Assembly (NCBI RefSeq): GCF_037042905.1
Contig: NC_087251.1
Coordinates: forward strand, 35,774,001 to 35,838,000
DNA: 64,000 bases
From: Lytechinus pictus
Lineage: Eukaryota
Direction of reading: 5' to 3'
Shown here: positions 1-10,917 of the stretch, one piece after another
Layout: each line of letters starts with the position of its first letter
How positions within the stretch are numbered: position 1 is the stretch's first letter
The notes under the pieces: model-generated
Seen by the model: only the letters and a program-made list of their open reading frames with translations
The model's database searches: none
What the model was told of the DNA's origin: nothing
Position numbers and translations under genes: made by a program

Positions 1-447
1 CCCCCAATTCGGCCAAAGTTCATTGACCCTAAATGACCTTTGACCTTGGTCATGTGACGTGAAACTCATGCAGGATGTTCAGTGATACTTAATTAACCTT
101 ATGTATAAGTTTCATGAACTAGGTCCATATATTTTCTAAGTTATGATGACATTTCAAAAACTTAACCTTAGGTTAAGATTTTGATGTTGATTCCCCCAAC
201 ATGGTCTAAGTTCATTGACCCTAAATGACGTTTGACCTTGGTCATGTGACATGAAACTCAGGCAAAATGTTCAGTAATACTTGATTAACCTTATGGCCAA
301 GTTTAATGAACTAGGTCCATATACTTTCTAAGTTAATTTGTCATTTCAAAAACTTAACCTCAGGTTAAGATTTGGTGTTGACGCCGCCGCCGCCGTCGGA
401 AAAGCGGCGCCTATAGTCTCACTCTGCTATGCAGGTGAGACAAAAAC
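1..447 (-). mobile_element. Helentron-type HINE, partial, head-to-head with the next copy
   Basis: Reverse complement of 455-900, including the subterminal motif TGTCTCACCTGCATAGCAGAGTGAGAC. Confidence 0.7.
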
Positions 448-454
448 TATCCCT

Positions 455-1416
455 TTTTGTCTCACCTGCATAGCAGAGTGAGACTATAGGCGCCGCTTTT
501 CCGACGGCGGCGGCGACGGCGACGGCGGCGTCAACACCAAATCTTAACCTGAGGTTAAGTTTTTGAAATGACAGCGTAACTAGGAAAGTATATGGACCTA
601 GTTCATGAAACTTGGCCATAAGGTTAATCAAGTATTACTGAACATCCTGCCTGAGTTTCATGTCACATGACCAAGGTCAAAGGTCATTTAGGGTCAATGA
701 ACTTAGACCATGTTGGGGGAATCAACATCAAAATCTTAACCTAAGGTTAAGTTTTTGAAATGTCATCATAACTTAGAAAATATATGGACCTAGTTCATGA
801 AACTTATACATAAGGTTAATCAAGTATCACTGAACATCCTGCATGAGTTTCACATCACATGACCAAGGTCAAAGGTCATTTAGGGTCAATGAACTTTGGC
901 CGAATTGGGGGTATCTGTTGAATTACCATCATAACTTTGAAAGTTTATGGATCTGATTCATGAAACTTGGACATAATAGTAATCAAGTATTACTGAACAT
1001 CCTGTGCAAGTTTCAGGTCACATGATCAAGGTCAAAGGTCATTTAGGGTCAATGAACTTTGGCCAAATTGGGGTATTTGTTGAATTACAGCCATAAATTT
1101 GAAAGTGTGTTGGTCTAGTTCATAAAACTTGGACATAATAGTAATCAAGTATCACTGAACATCCTGTGCGAGTTTCAGGTCACATGATCAAGGTCAAAGG
1201 TCATGTAAGGTCAAAGAACTTTGGCCACGTTGGGGGTATTTGTTGAATTGCCATCATATCTCTATAAGTGTATTGGTCTAGTTCATAAAACGTGGAAATA
1301 AGAGTAACCAAGTATCACTGAACATCTTGTGCGAGTTATAGTAGTTTTCAAAATCAGCACTGCTGCTATATTGAATCGCGTGATGCAGGTGAGACGGCCA
1401 GAGGCATTCCACTTGT
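455..1416 (+). mobile_element. Helentron-type HINE (DINE-1-like) with internal ~160-190 bp tandem units
   Basis: 5' TTTTTGTCTCACCTGCAT subTIR with adjacent hairpin, GGC microsatellite, tandem CATGAAACTTGG...GGTCAAAGGTCA units, 3' ATGCAGGTGAGAC subTIR then CACTTGTT end. Confidence 0.75.
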
Positions 1417-2021
1417 TGATAGAATTTGAGGCGAGAATTTTGAGACTTTGAGGCGAGAATAAAAGTAGTTACAATCGTGCTTACAAAAAGTTATAGAATG
1501 TCCTGGTTTTAGGTCTAAATCTCAAAATATTGGCGGATGGCCTGGCCCGGCATTCACCATTTTCTTGCCAGACCGTCGATCCACTCCCTCGAGTTAAGGA
1601 GGTAATTCTCCTTGCTCAAGTCTACCGCTTTTTCATTCATCATTGTTTGCAAGTATGTTATTTTTAGATGGTTACCACAATTTTGTAAAGATGAAATCCA
1701 CGCGCATGCGTACATTTATTCCAAAGACGACACTCATGAATATTCATATTGGGGTCCGGAGCTCCTGTGGGCAAAATAATTTCGAGGCCCGGATCCAGGG
1801 GGTGAATGAGTTCCCATTCCCATCCCCGTAAAAAAAAGGAAACATACCGCCTGATTTTGATAACCGTCCCTGTGACGCATTTTGCTTATGCCAAGTTTTC
1901 TCAAATTTAAGCCCTTTTGGTGTTGCAATTTTTTCTCCTCATGAAAATATAATCATGTTAAATTTGTCCATCAAGTAATGTGAAACTAATCCTCATGCTT
2001 TGCGAATGTGACACTTAAATT

Positions 2022-2470
2022 TGCTCCCCTTCAGATGCAGCTCCATCAGGTATTTGAATTTCCAAAAGAGTGTCAGAGCTTGACTTTGACGGGGTTCGAA
2101 TGTGCCTGAAAATTTCGACAAGCAACACATTTCGTACCCGACAAATTTGACAAGCAAAAAAAAAAGAAACGAATAAAGGTCATCGCTCATGATTTTTATT
2201 GGATGCGCCTGCATACCCCCCCCCCTCCCCTCCCCCATCCACGCTTTGGAGGTTCAGAACGACATAACTGTAATTCAGATAATCACATGCTTCTCATTTA
2301 AAGTCTACTACCCATATCATCATCAACAAAGTGGTTTAATAAAATCGAGCTAGCTTAAACATATAGTGCCAGTTGTGGGAACGATCTAAAATGTGTTAGA
2401 ACAGAATTTATGGCCATCAAAGTATTTATGTTAAATATGTGCCTAACGATTCTGATGCATTGCTGAAAAA
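2022..2470 (+). pseudogene. Diverged duplicate of the SAMD9-like exon-1 3' end and adjacent intron (matches about 10890-11342)
   Basis: CCCCTTCAGATGCAGCTCCATCAG|gtatttgaa... through GTTGTGGGAACGATCTAAAATGTGTT is shared and colinear, with scattered mismatches. Confidence 0.8.
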
Positions 2471-5180
2471 AACCGAGAGAAAAAACAAGCAAGACAGGTT
2501 TCGGACACTTAAGTTTGAGTTATATCTGCATGCCCGTGGCTTAACTCTTGTAATTTTTTAGAACAAAATGCAAAACAAAACAAAAAAAATACATCTTAGA
2601 TTTCTCCTCTTCTTGTTTTTCCCCTTTTTTGTTCAGAGTTATCCAATGAATGTAATCAGATATTGGATTTTTAATTTTTTTGTCCTTGATTCTTTTTTTA
2701 CTAGGGGTGTTTTTATGACTCTGATATTGAAATAAAGACCAATCAAATTTGGCAGAGTAATGTTCATTAAATATTTATTATTTTTGAGGAGCCGTATTCT
2801 GGTGTTTCGTTTTTATTTAGATTGCGTTTTTTTATAAGTATTTGTTTATCAATCTCCATCACTCCCTTCTCTATCTCTCTCTTTCTCTCTTGTACAAGGT
2901 GTCAGTTAATGTGGACATGTAATTATTAGTATTTCTGTTTGTAATCAATTGAATTGTAACCTTTTTTAGTCCTTGTTATATTTCATGTTGCGTCTTGTTC
3001 GTTTTTTTTTTTGCATTTGGAACAAATATGTTATTTAACGAAAAAAAAATCAAATTTTCAATTTTCAGATCTGAAGAAAAAGTTATTATATATCTGATAT
3101 TGAGAAAGTCAATAATGTTCACAAAAGGGGTAAAGGTGTGTGGGGTGTATGGGGCAAGAGCTGAGGGACGTGTACACCTGTTATTACCACGTGATTGCAT
3201 ATATTTATACACATTAGACCAAATGGGCATTGGACCAAGTGGGTATTAGACCAACTTTGTACCAAGAGGGTATTGGACAAACTGTCAATTGGACCGAGTG
3301 CATAGGCGGATCCAGGGGGCCCGAGGGGCCCTATTGGCGGAGCAAAAAAAAGAAAAAAGGGGGAAAGAAAGAAAAAAAAAGGAAAAACAGAGGAGAAAAA
3401 GGAAGGGGAATCATAAGAGGAGGAAGACGAGTGAATAAAATAAGATGAGTGTAAGACTTGGAAAATAATTTTACAAATTTTCGCTCGCGCTTCGCACTTC
3501 GCATTGCCTTTTAGGTGATTTATATATCTTGCTCAATATGGAGCTTAAATATCAAAGTTTGAGGTCAGTATGCAAAACATATTCCAGCTCGGATATTCGA
3601 ACTGTCATTATTTTGTTTGATTTACAAATTGATTTGTGAAAAGTGCTCTGTAAAAATTTATGTGTTATCTTCTGAATATTAACATTTTCTGCTCGCGCTG
3701 CGCGCTCACAAAATTTGATTTGGCAGGTACCTATTATTTTCTTGTATTTCATAAAGTTCTCAAATATCCCTTTTCACGTCAAATTGTCAAAACTTAATAG
3801 CTGGCGCTGCACGCTCGCATTTTGATTGGTGATTCAATATGTATATCATAATATTAATTCTATAACAAACTACTAAAATCCCCATTTCATGACAGTTTAT
3901 CAAAAAGTTCGGCTCTCGATTTGCGTTCGCATTGATTGTTGAAAATATATTAACTCATGCATCTTATTTTATAATTACAAAAGTGCTTTAAATGTCCGGT
4001 TTTCAGGCAATAATAAATTAACAGATTTCGCGCTATCATTAGGCTTTATTAAATTAAGGAATAAGATATTGATTTAATAATCAATTTGTCCCTTTTTTCA
4101 GAATGGAATATCCACAAGTTTAATCTCCCGCTTAGGAAGAGAAATAGGAAGATAGTCATCATTTTCACATGATAAAACAATGTTCTTAGAATGTCCCTGT
4201 CCTATGTCAAATCTCAAAGTAATAATAATGAAACATATCAGATCTTTTTTTAAGTGTGATTCATATCCACCTCACAATTTTCCTACTATGTGCTTGAAAT
4301 ACAGAGCTTAAATTGACCCCTTTTTTCAGATTGAAATATCAAATATTTTAAGCTCGAGCTTCGCGCTCGCTTTATTAATGTTGGAAAATACCAAATTATA
4401 CCCCATTTTTTTCATGATTTACAAAACATGAAAAGAGTGTCCCGTTTTTAGGTTTTGAATCTAAATTTTTTCTTCTCGCGCTTCGAGCTCGCATCAATTA
4501 TTTGGTTATGTACTTATATCGTTCATGATTACAAAAAGTATAGGCCTATAGAACTTTGATTTTTCAGGCCGGAATGTCAAAAAATTTCCAGCTCGCGCGT
4601 CGCGCTCGCAATACTTAATCATTGAAATGTGTATCGTCTTAATGGGTAACTGCAAAACGTCCCTTTTTTGACAAGGCCAGAACGCATTATAAAAATGTCT
4701 GCTCGCGCTTCGCGCTAGCAGTAATTATCTTGTTACATACGCATCTTGTTCAGGTTCACAAACATTGCCCAGAATGTTCAACTAAATTTTCAGGACAAAT
4801 TAAATACATGAAATTTCTAAATTGTTTAGCTCGCACTTCGCGCTCACACTTATAAAATAGGGCTTATGAAATTATTACACATGTATGTTGACTGTTAGGA
4901 CATGGCCGTTTCCCCCCCCCCCCCCAAAAAAAAAAAAAAAAAAAAATTAATGATCACGAAAAAAAGAGAAAAGGAAAGGCATAAGGGTGAAATATAATAT
5001 TATTTTCCAAATATTATGTTAAAATCTATCACGAACTTGGATTTTTGTAATAAAAATGTCAAAATTTTTGCTCGCTTGCTTCGCTTTCTCGTAACTTATC
5101 AATTTTACGCGATACACCATATCGAGCCCCCTCAATATTTTTTGGCTCATTACACCACTGGGACAACCCCTTCAAAGAAA

Positions 5181-8100
5181 TAGTCTAGGTGATTGGTGAA
5201 AAAAATGTTCAGAAAATGGTAAAAGCATGAAAATTGGCACAGAGGTAGAGTAAGTTATTCCAAACACTTTTGGCAGGGGGTGCCAACGTAAATTTGCCAA
5301 ATATAGCAACGGTTGCTAGGTAACATATTTACCTTAGTAACTGAGCTTTATTGGGCTTAAGTAACATTTTCATGAGCGATGTGTTGCATGAATGTTAACC
5401 TAAAGCATGTTCCTTTGTATCACAACAGTTTTGATCCATTTATTCACAGCAACGGCTGCTAAGGGTCCATTTTCCATAGCAACAAATTGTTAATCATTGT
5501 TCAGATGAATATGATGAATATGATTTACTCAGAATAGCTCAGAAATTAAATCTGGCCCATAGATTCCTCATGTGATGAATTTTTCCTTAGGTAGACCTAA
5601 TAAGCACCATAGCAACGGTTGCTAGTTAACATTTTTTCCACAGTAACCAATTCTTATAGGGTATTTTTTTCATGATCATAATTTATATGAACCATATCTT
5701 TTCTATTGAAGCATTAATACATTAATCACAAAAACCCAGGAACAATTATGCCATGTATACACGCCCATGCGAAATACCAGATGATGTAACATGTTTTTTG
5801 TAGCAAGCAATGGTTAAATGTCTTACGGAAAGATTATTGATAGATGCTTAAAAACGTAAAATCTTGCACAAATAAAAATACCTCATGATATGGTTCATAT
5901 TTCCAAAGACGATGTCTATGGGTTCCATATCATTGGTATAGTAATGCTTGCTGCATGTTAAAAAAAACTCACCTTAACACCAATTTTTCTGCCTTTGGAA
6001 ACCATAATTATTATAGATTATCATAAACACATGTAAAAGATCGACCATCGATTTAAATTAGTTGGTGTCTTTCATAGCAAAGGGTACTTTGTTAATGTCT
6101 GTTATAACTATATAATTTAGTTACCCATTTATCATTGAATGATAATATACCTCATGTTTACTTATCTGAGTGATTGACAATGGAGGTAGAATATTGAATG
6201 TGTATCATTGAGAATTAAAAGTCTAGAAACCGTTGACATTCTGGAAATTTGTGGCTACGTATGTATTTACCCTATGAATCTCCTTTAAGACCCTGTATAA
6301 CACCTACAAATTCCCTTGGAAAGAATTCCACAAAACCAACATTTAGCAAGAGAAGAACAGTTACAAGAGCTCACCAGAAGGTCATGGGTGCTTACAAGTT
6401 GAATATCTCTGATCTCTGATTAGAAGAATTGATCAAGTCAACTAAGTTAGAAATTATTTCAAACACCAAATCCCGCCAGAAAGTAATTTTCAAATGAGTG
6501 CTTGGATACCACTTTATCTCTAGCTAACAGTAGTCGTTCTCTTGAAAGCCAACACACACTGTCTTGGTTTATCCCCTCCCTTTCGAAGCCTGCAATGAAG
6601 CTTTCCATACCGTTTCCGGACCTAATGCCATGTGCAGGAGTTGATTTTGACTTGTCAATTCCGTCTCCAGGTGTTTTGACTTGGATCAATCCTGCAGCTC
6701 TGTGATCTATCATGACGTGAAAGAAACTGCTAGAGTTGATTTTGACCAATCAGTTCCGTTTCTAGGCATGTTGGCCAGATCCTGTAGCTATATGATTGAT
6801 CTATCATGACTCGACCCTGTTGTAGGTGTTTTGACCTGGATCAATCCTTCAGCTCCAGGATTTATCATCACGTAAAGATCTCCTAAGAGTTGTTTGGACC
6901 GACCATCAGTGTTGTTTCCATGCTTGTTGGCCTGGATCCTGCTGCTCCGGGATCTATCATGACTTAAAAGCTCTCGCAGAAGTTGATTTTGACCAGTCAG
7001 TTCCGATTGCAGGTGTTTTGGCTGGGATCCTGCAGCTTCATGGATCATTACTTGAAAGATCTTGAAGGATGTACTATATGCGCAGCTGACTTTGTCACCT
7101 ACGTATGTGACGCACTTGTGATATTTGGGGCCCGTTGCAGAAAAATATTGCGCAACTTGATTTTCAACCAATAAAGCACCCGTGTTCGGAACTTGCGTTT
7201 AACGCAACTCTTTCTGCAACAGGCCCCATGTTGTCTGGACGTGATTTATACTCGGTCACAAAAACCCGGCACAGAACAGTAGCATTAAGTTCTGATATGC
7301 TTCTTCCTTCCATATACCTCCAATATGTCTTTGCATGTCCAACTCATTATAATCAATAAAAAAGGAGCAAAATACATACAGACAATGATGCTTGAGCTGT
7401 TTCAGGTCTACTGCACATGCTCTACAGTGCATATACCGGAAATGATTATTGAGACTGTTTCGATCAGGTCTACTGTACATATATATTCAAGTGCGTATGC
7501 ATTACTCGCCATTACTTCCCAAGAAGGTTTGTCATTTAATTGGGAGCGATTAGTTAATGTCAATAAAATTTGAGCTTCCCTTTTCTCTCAAGGTTCGCTG
7601 TTTTTCCGAGTGTTCCATGCTACATCCACTACAATACCCTGTTTCAGTTTCGTAACAAGAGAGATCCTATATGCACATTCAATGACCCAATTATGATTTT
7701 TGTCTGTGTGTTAGCTTTGTCATGTGTGAGTAAAAAGTATGCAAAAATAGTAAAATTATGTATATCGAAATTAGGTTTTCTTACTTAGATAAGATCAGGG
7801 ACGTCTCACGTCCCTGATTAGGCCTACTATGCAGGCATTATAATTATTTGGACTGTCTCTGAACTTTTTAGGGATCTGGTATATTCTTTCACTCCAGAGT
7901 CATAATTTGACAAATTTTCTAACCACTTTCATTCAAACATTATGTCCAGATGTTGTATTACGTAATATTATCTATAGTTGCTATGGAAAATGTGCTGCTT
8001 AGCAACTGTTGCTATACATGGTTGGAATGTTTCTTGGTATGTGATTATAAACTGGGAGCTTCGAAGTCAAAATATAGTTTTTGAAATGTAGATAACACTC

Positions 8101-8282
8101 CAAAAATGGTGGTTGGCAAGGTAAATATGTTACCTAGCAACTGTTGCTATACGAGAAGAGGTCAGGTTGGCACCCCCTGCTAAAAATGTTCAGCACTATT
8201 TTCTCTACCTGTCAGCCAAATTTCATGCTTATACCATAATCTGAACAATTCTTGCTATTTTTTGCACCGATCATCTAGACTA
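5181..8282. mobile_element. Academ-like non-autonomous DNA element
   Basis: TAG...CTA termini (TAGTCTAGGTGATTGGTG / CACCGATCATCTAGACTA), imperfect TIRs of about 160 bp, 3-bp AAA duplication. Confidence 0.65.
6630..7060. repeat. Degenerate tandem repeat inside the Academ-like element
   Basis: Recurring GTTGATTTTGAC..GGTGTTTTGAC.TGGATC..TCCTGCAGCT..GATCTATCATGAC units. Confidence 0.55.
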
Positions 8283-8781
8283 AAATAAAAAAAATCAACT
8301 TTGAGCAGCCAATCGGGGAAAATATGGGTGAAAAAAAAATTGCCCCCCCCCTATTGGCGGAGGCTGGATCCGCCCCTGAAGTGGGTATTGGAGCAAATGA
8401 ATATCGGACCAAACGACATTACATTACGAGAAGTTAACAAAATGTGCCGTCAATGTTCTGCAGTTACCAAAACATGTCATAGATTCGGCACATTTTGGTA
8501 AATTGCCAAAATGTGCAATTTACCAAAATGTGCCGTGACAAAAATTAGTCGTCATTCGCTACAACCACAGTTAAAACGCCTCGCTGATCTCGTATTTTGT
8601 TAAAAGGTGTACCATGGCGGTAGCATTGGTGAACCCTTCTTTTGGCCCGGTCTTTTGGAATTCCCACTTCATACCAGTTCGTACCATATCAATGCGAGAG
8701 TCAACACAAAACCATTCTTTTGTTGTAGGCTTTATTTGCATTTCAATTTGGCTAAAACTATTACAGACGTATACTGTATTA

Positions 8782-9047
8782 CAGAGGCGGATCCAGGATT
8801 TTACAAAGGGGGGGGGGGGCAAATGTTTTAAAGGAAAAATTTGACAAGCAAAAAAAAAAGGTTTTCAACCACAAATTAAGGGTATTTCGTACGAAAGAGT
8901 AATTCGTACCCGAAAAAAGGGTCTTTCATTTCAAAAGAGGTGGCACACCTCTGTTTTCATGGCATTTTTAAATTACAAATTTTTAATTTTGCTTCTCAAA
9001 GGGGGGCACGTGCCCCCTGTGCCCCCCCCCCCCTGGATCAGCGCCTG
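8782..9047. mobile_element. hAT-type MITE
   Basis: CAGAGGCGGATCCAGG ... CTGGATCAGCGCCTG, TSD CTGTATTA/CTGTATTG; an inverted relative lies at 60842-61156. Confidence 0.75.
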
Positions 9048-9978
9048 CTGTATTGCAATCTAAATATTATGTACATTGTAGACCTTTCCAATATTTTATA
9101 TTCATGAGTACGCCTTATACTATCCATTTGCCTCAGGGGCGGATCCAGGATTTTCAAGGGGGGCACATTTTCCCGAGGAAAAAATTGATATTTCGTCTAC
9201 GCAAAAGTTTTGACAAGCAAAAAGAAAAGATTTGCCCTATTATGTGTGAATTTATTCATGTCCGCATGATGCATTCATGTGTTAGAGTGATTGTAAAAAC
9301 TTCGGAAGCATTCTTTAAAGAAGATCACTTGACTTTATCGTTTGTTACATTTGAAGGCCCTATTTAATATTGTTCATATGAAAGAATAAAACACCCTCGA
9401 AGAAAAAAATCATAGTCACGCAGACAAGTTCAAGATATCAGTGCCTGAAGAGTTATTGATTTCTCTGCATGGGACAATATTTGTTACATGCGCGTATTAA
9501 TTAAATGAAATTGGGATGATATTTATGGTCATTTTAACGGCGTTTTTTTTTTCGTTTTTTTTTAGGCTCTAAATATTTTTAGCACTTAATCTCCGGGGCT
9601 GAGAAAAAAGGCGTCGATCGGGGGGGGGTCGCCCCTCCAAATAATTTTTACGACTTTAAAAAAAATGCAATGCAAATATATGTTTTAAAAAGCATTGGAG
9701 AGCACTCTAAAACTTCACATAAGAATAGTGTTAAACATACCATATTGTCAATTTTCAGTGTACTTTGCACTCAAAAGTCTGTATTATGATTTTATCATGA
9801 TGTCCCCCCCCCCCCCCCATCCATCCGAAACATGGATCGCCAACCCTGGCAGTGAACAGGATGAATATTCATTTCAAAATGAATTTCCTGTATTCCGTGA
9901 ACAGTTGTAAAACGTAAAGTTTACTTAATCTAAGAGTGGTTGAAACTGAAAATTAAACATAGGGTCCTACCAAATTAA

Positions 9979-10583
9979 AGGGATGGTCCGGGCTGAACGT
10001 ATTTATATTTAAATAAATAGAGTAAAATTCACAAAGCGCAATTCTGAAAATTTCATCAAAACCGGATAACAAATAACAAAGTTATTGAATTTTAAATTTT
10101 ATCAATATTTTGTGAAAACAGTCATATGCACATCATCATGAATATTTATTAGGTGGGCTGATGGTGTCACATCCCCACTTTCCTTTTTCTTATGTTATTA
10201 CATAAAATCATAATTCTTTCATTTTTGCATACATGTGTAAGTGATGTGTCTCCATTATGATGAAATAAGTTGTAGCAATAAATATCTAATGCACTAATCA
10301 GTTGTCAGTCCAATATTGTTATAGTTCTTGGTAGAAAAAAATTTGAATAAACCTAATTTCATATAATAAAATACAAAAAAACAAGTGGGGATATGATATC
10401 ATCAGCCCACCCAATGAATATTCATGAAGACATGCTTAGAACTGTTTCACCGGAATAATGCAAATCTTGAAAATTCAATAACTTCGTTATTTGTTATCCG
10501 ATTTTGATGAAATTTCAGCATTTTGCTCCGTGAATTTTACTCTATTTATTTAAATGTAAATATTTTCAGCCCGGACCATCCAT
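9979..10583. mobile_element. Kolobok-like MITE (TTAA TSD), about 200 nt upstream of SAMD9-like exon 1
   Basis: TTAA|AGGGATGGTCCGGGCTGAA ... TTCAGCCCGGACCATCCAT|TTAA, with inverted arms of about 200 bp. Confidence 0.8.
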
Positions 10584-10787
10584 TTAAGTGAATTTACGTA
10601 TAAGGAACCTCGATATAAGAAGCAGGGGACAGAATGGGAATGATGGAAAGGATCGGGAGAAAGTTAAAACGGGAACGAATGAGAAAGAAAGAGCGTTGGA
10701 AAGAATAAATAAATGATTTTTTTTCTTAGGTTTTTATACACCCCATTTTCAAGCAACCTCTCTCTCTTTGTTTGTTTTGTTACACAG

Positions 10788-10917
10788 ATGGGAAAGAAAA
10801 AAAATTGGAAGAAGTCGCGACGGGCGTCTGATCCACAGCCTCCATCCAAGGAGACAAGTGTACCTCATTCATCTCATTCTCCTGCTCCTGCGCCCCCTTC
10901 AGATGCAGCTCCATCAG
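10788..10917 (+). CDS. SAMD9-like exon 1 (MGKKKNWKKSRR... basic, then Pro/Ser-rich)
   Basis: Preceded by tctctctttgtttgttttgttacacag, so a 5'UTR exon probably lies upstream. ATG at 10788; donor TCAG|gtattt; 130 nt, phase 1. Confidence 0.6.

Larger units (their letters stand above)
3301..8378 (+). mobile_element. hAT-like non-autonomous element (GCTCGCGCTTCGCGCTCGC repeats) hosting an Academ-like insert
   Basis: Ends CATAGGCGGATCCAG / CTGGATCCGCCCCTG; removing 5181-8282 restores the sequence seen at 46240-46280. Confidence 0.7.

Noticed and set aside
6459-7171. Minus-strand ORFs sharing GLIQVKTP
   Set aside because: Explained by a degenerate tandem repeat inside the Academ-like element; no continuous frame or known domain.
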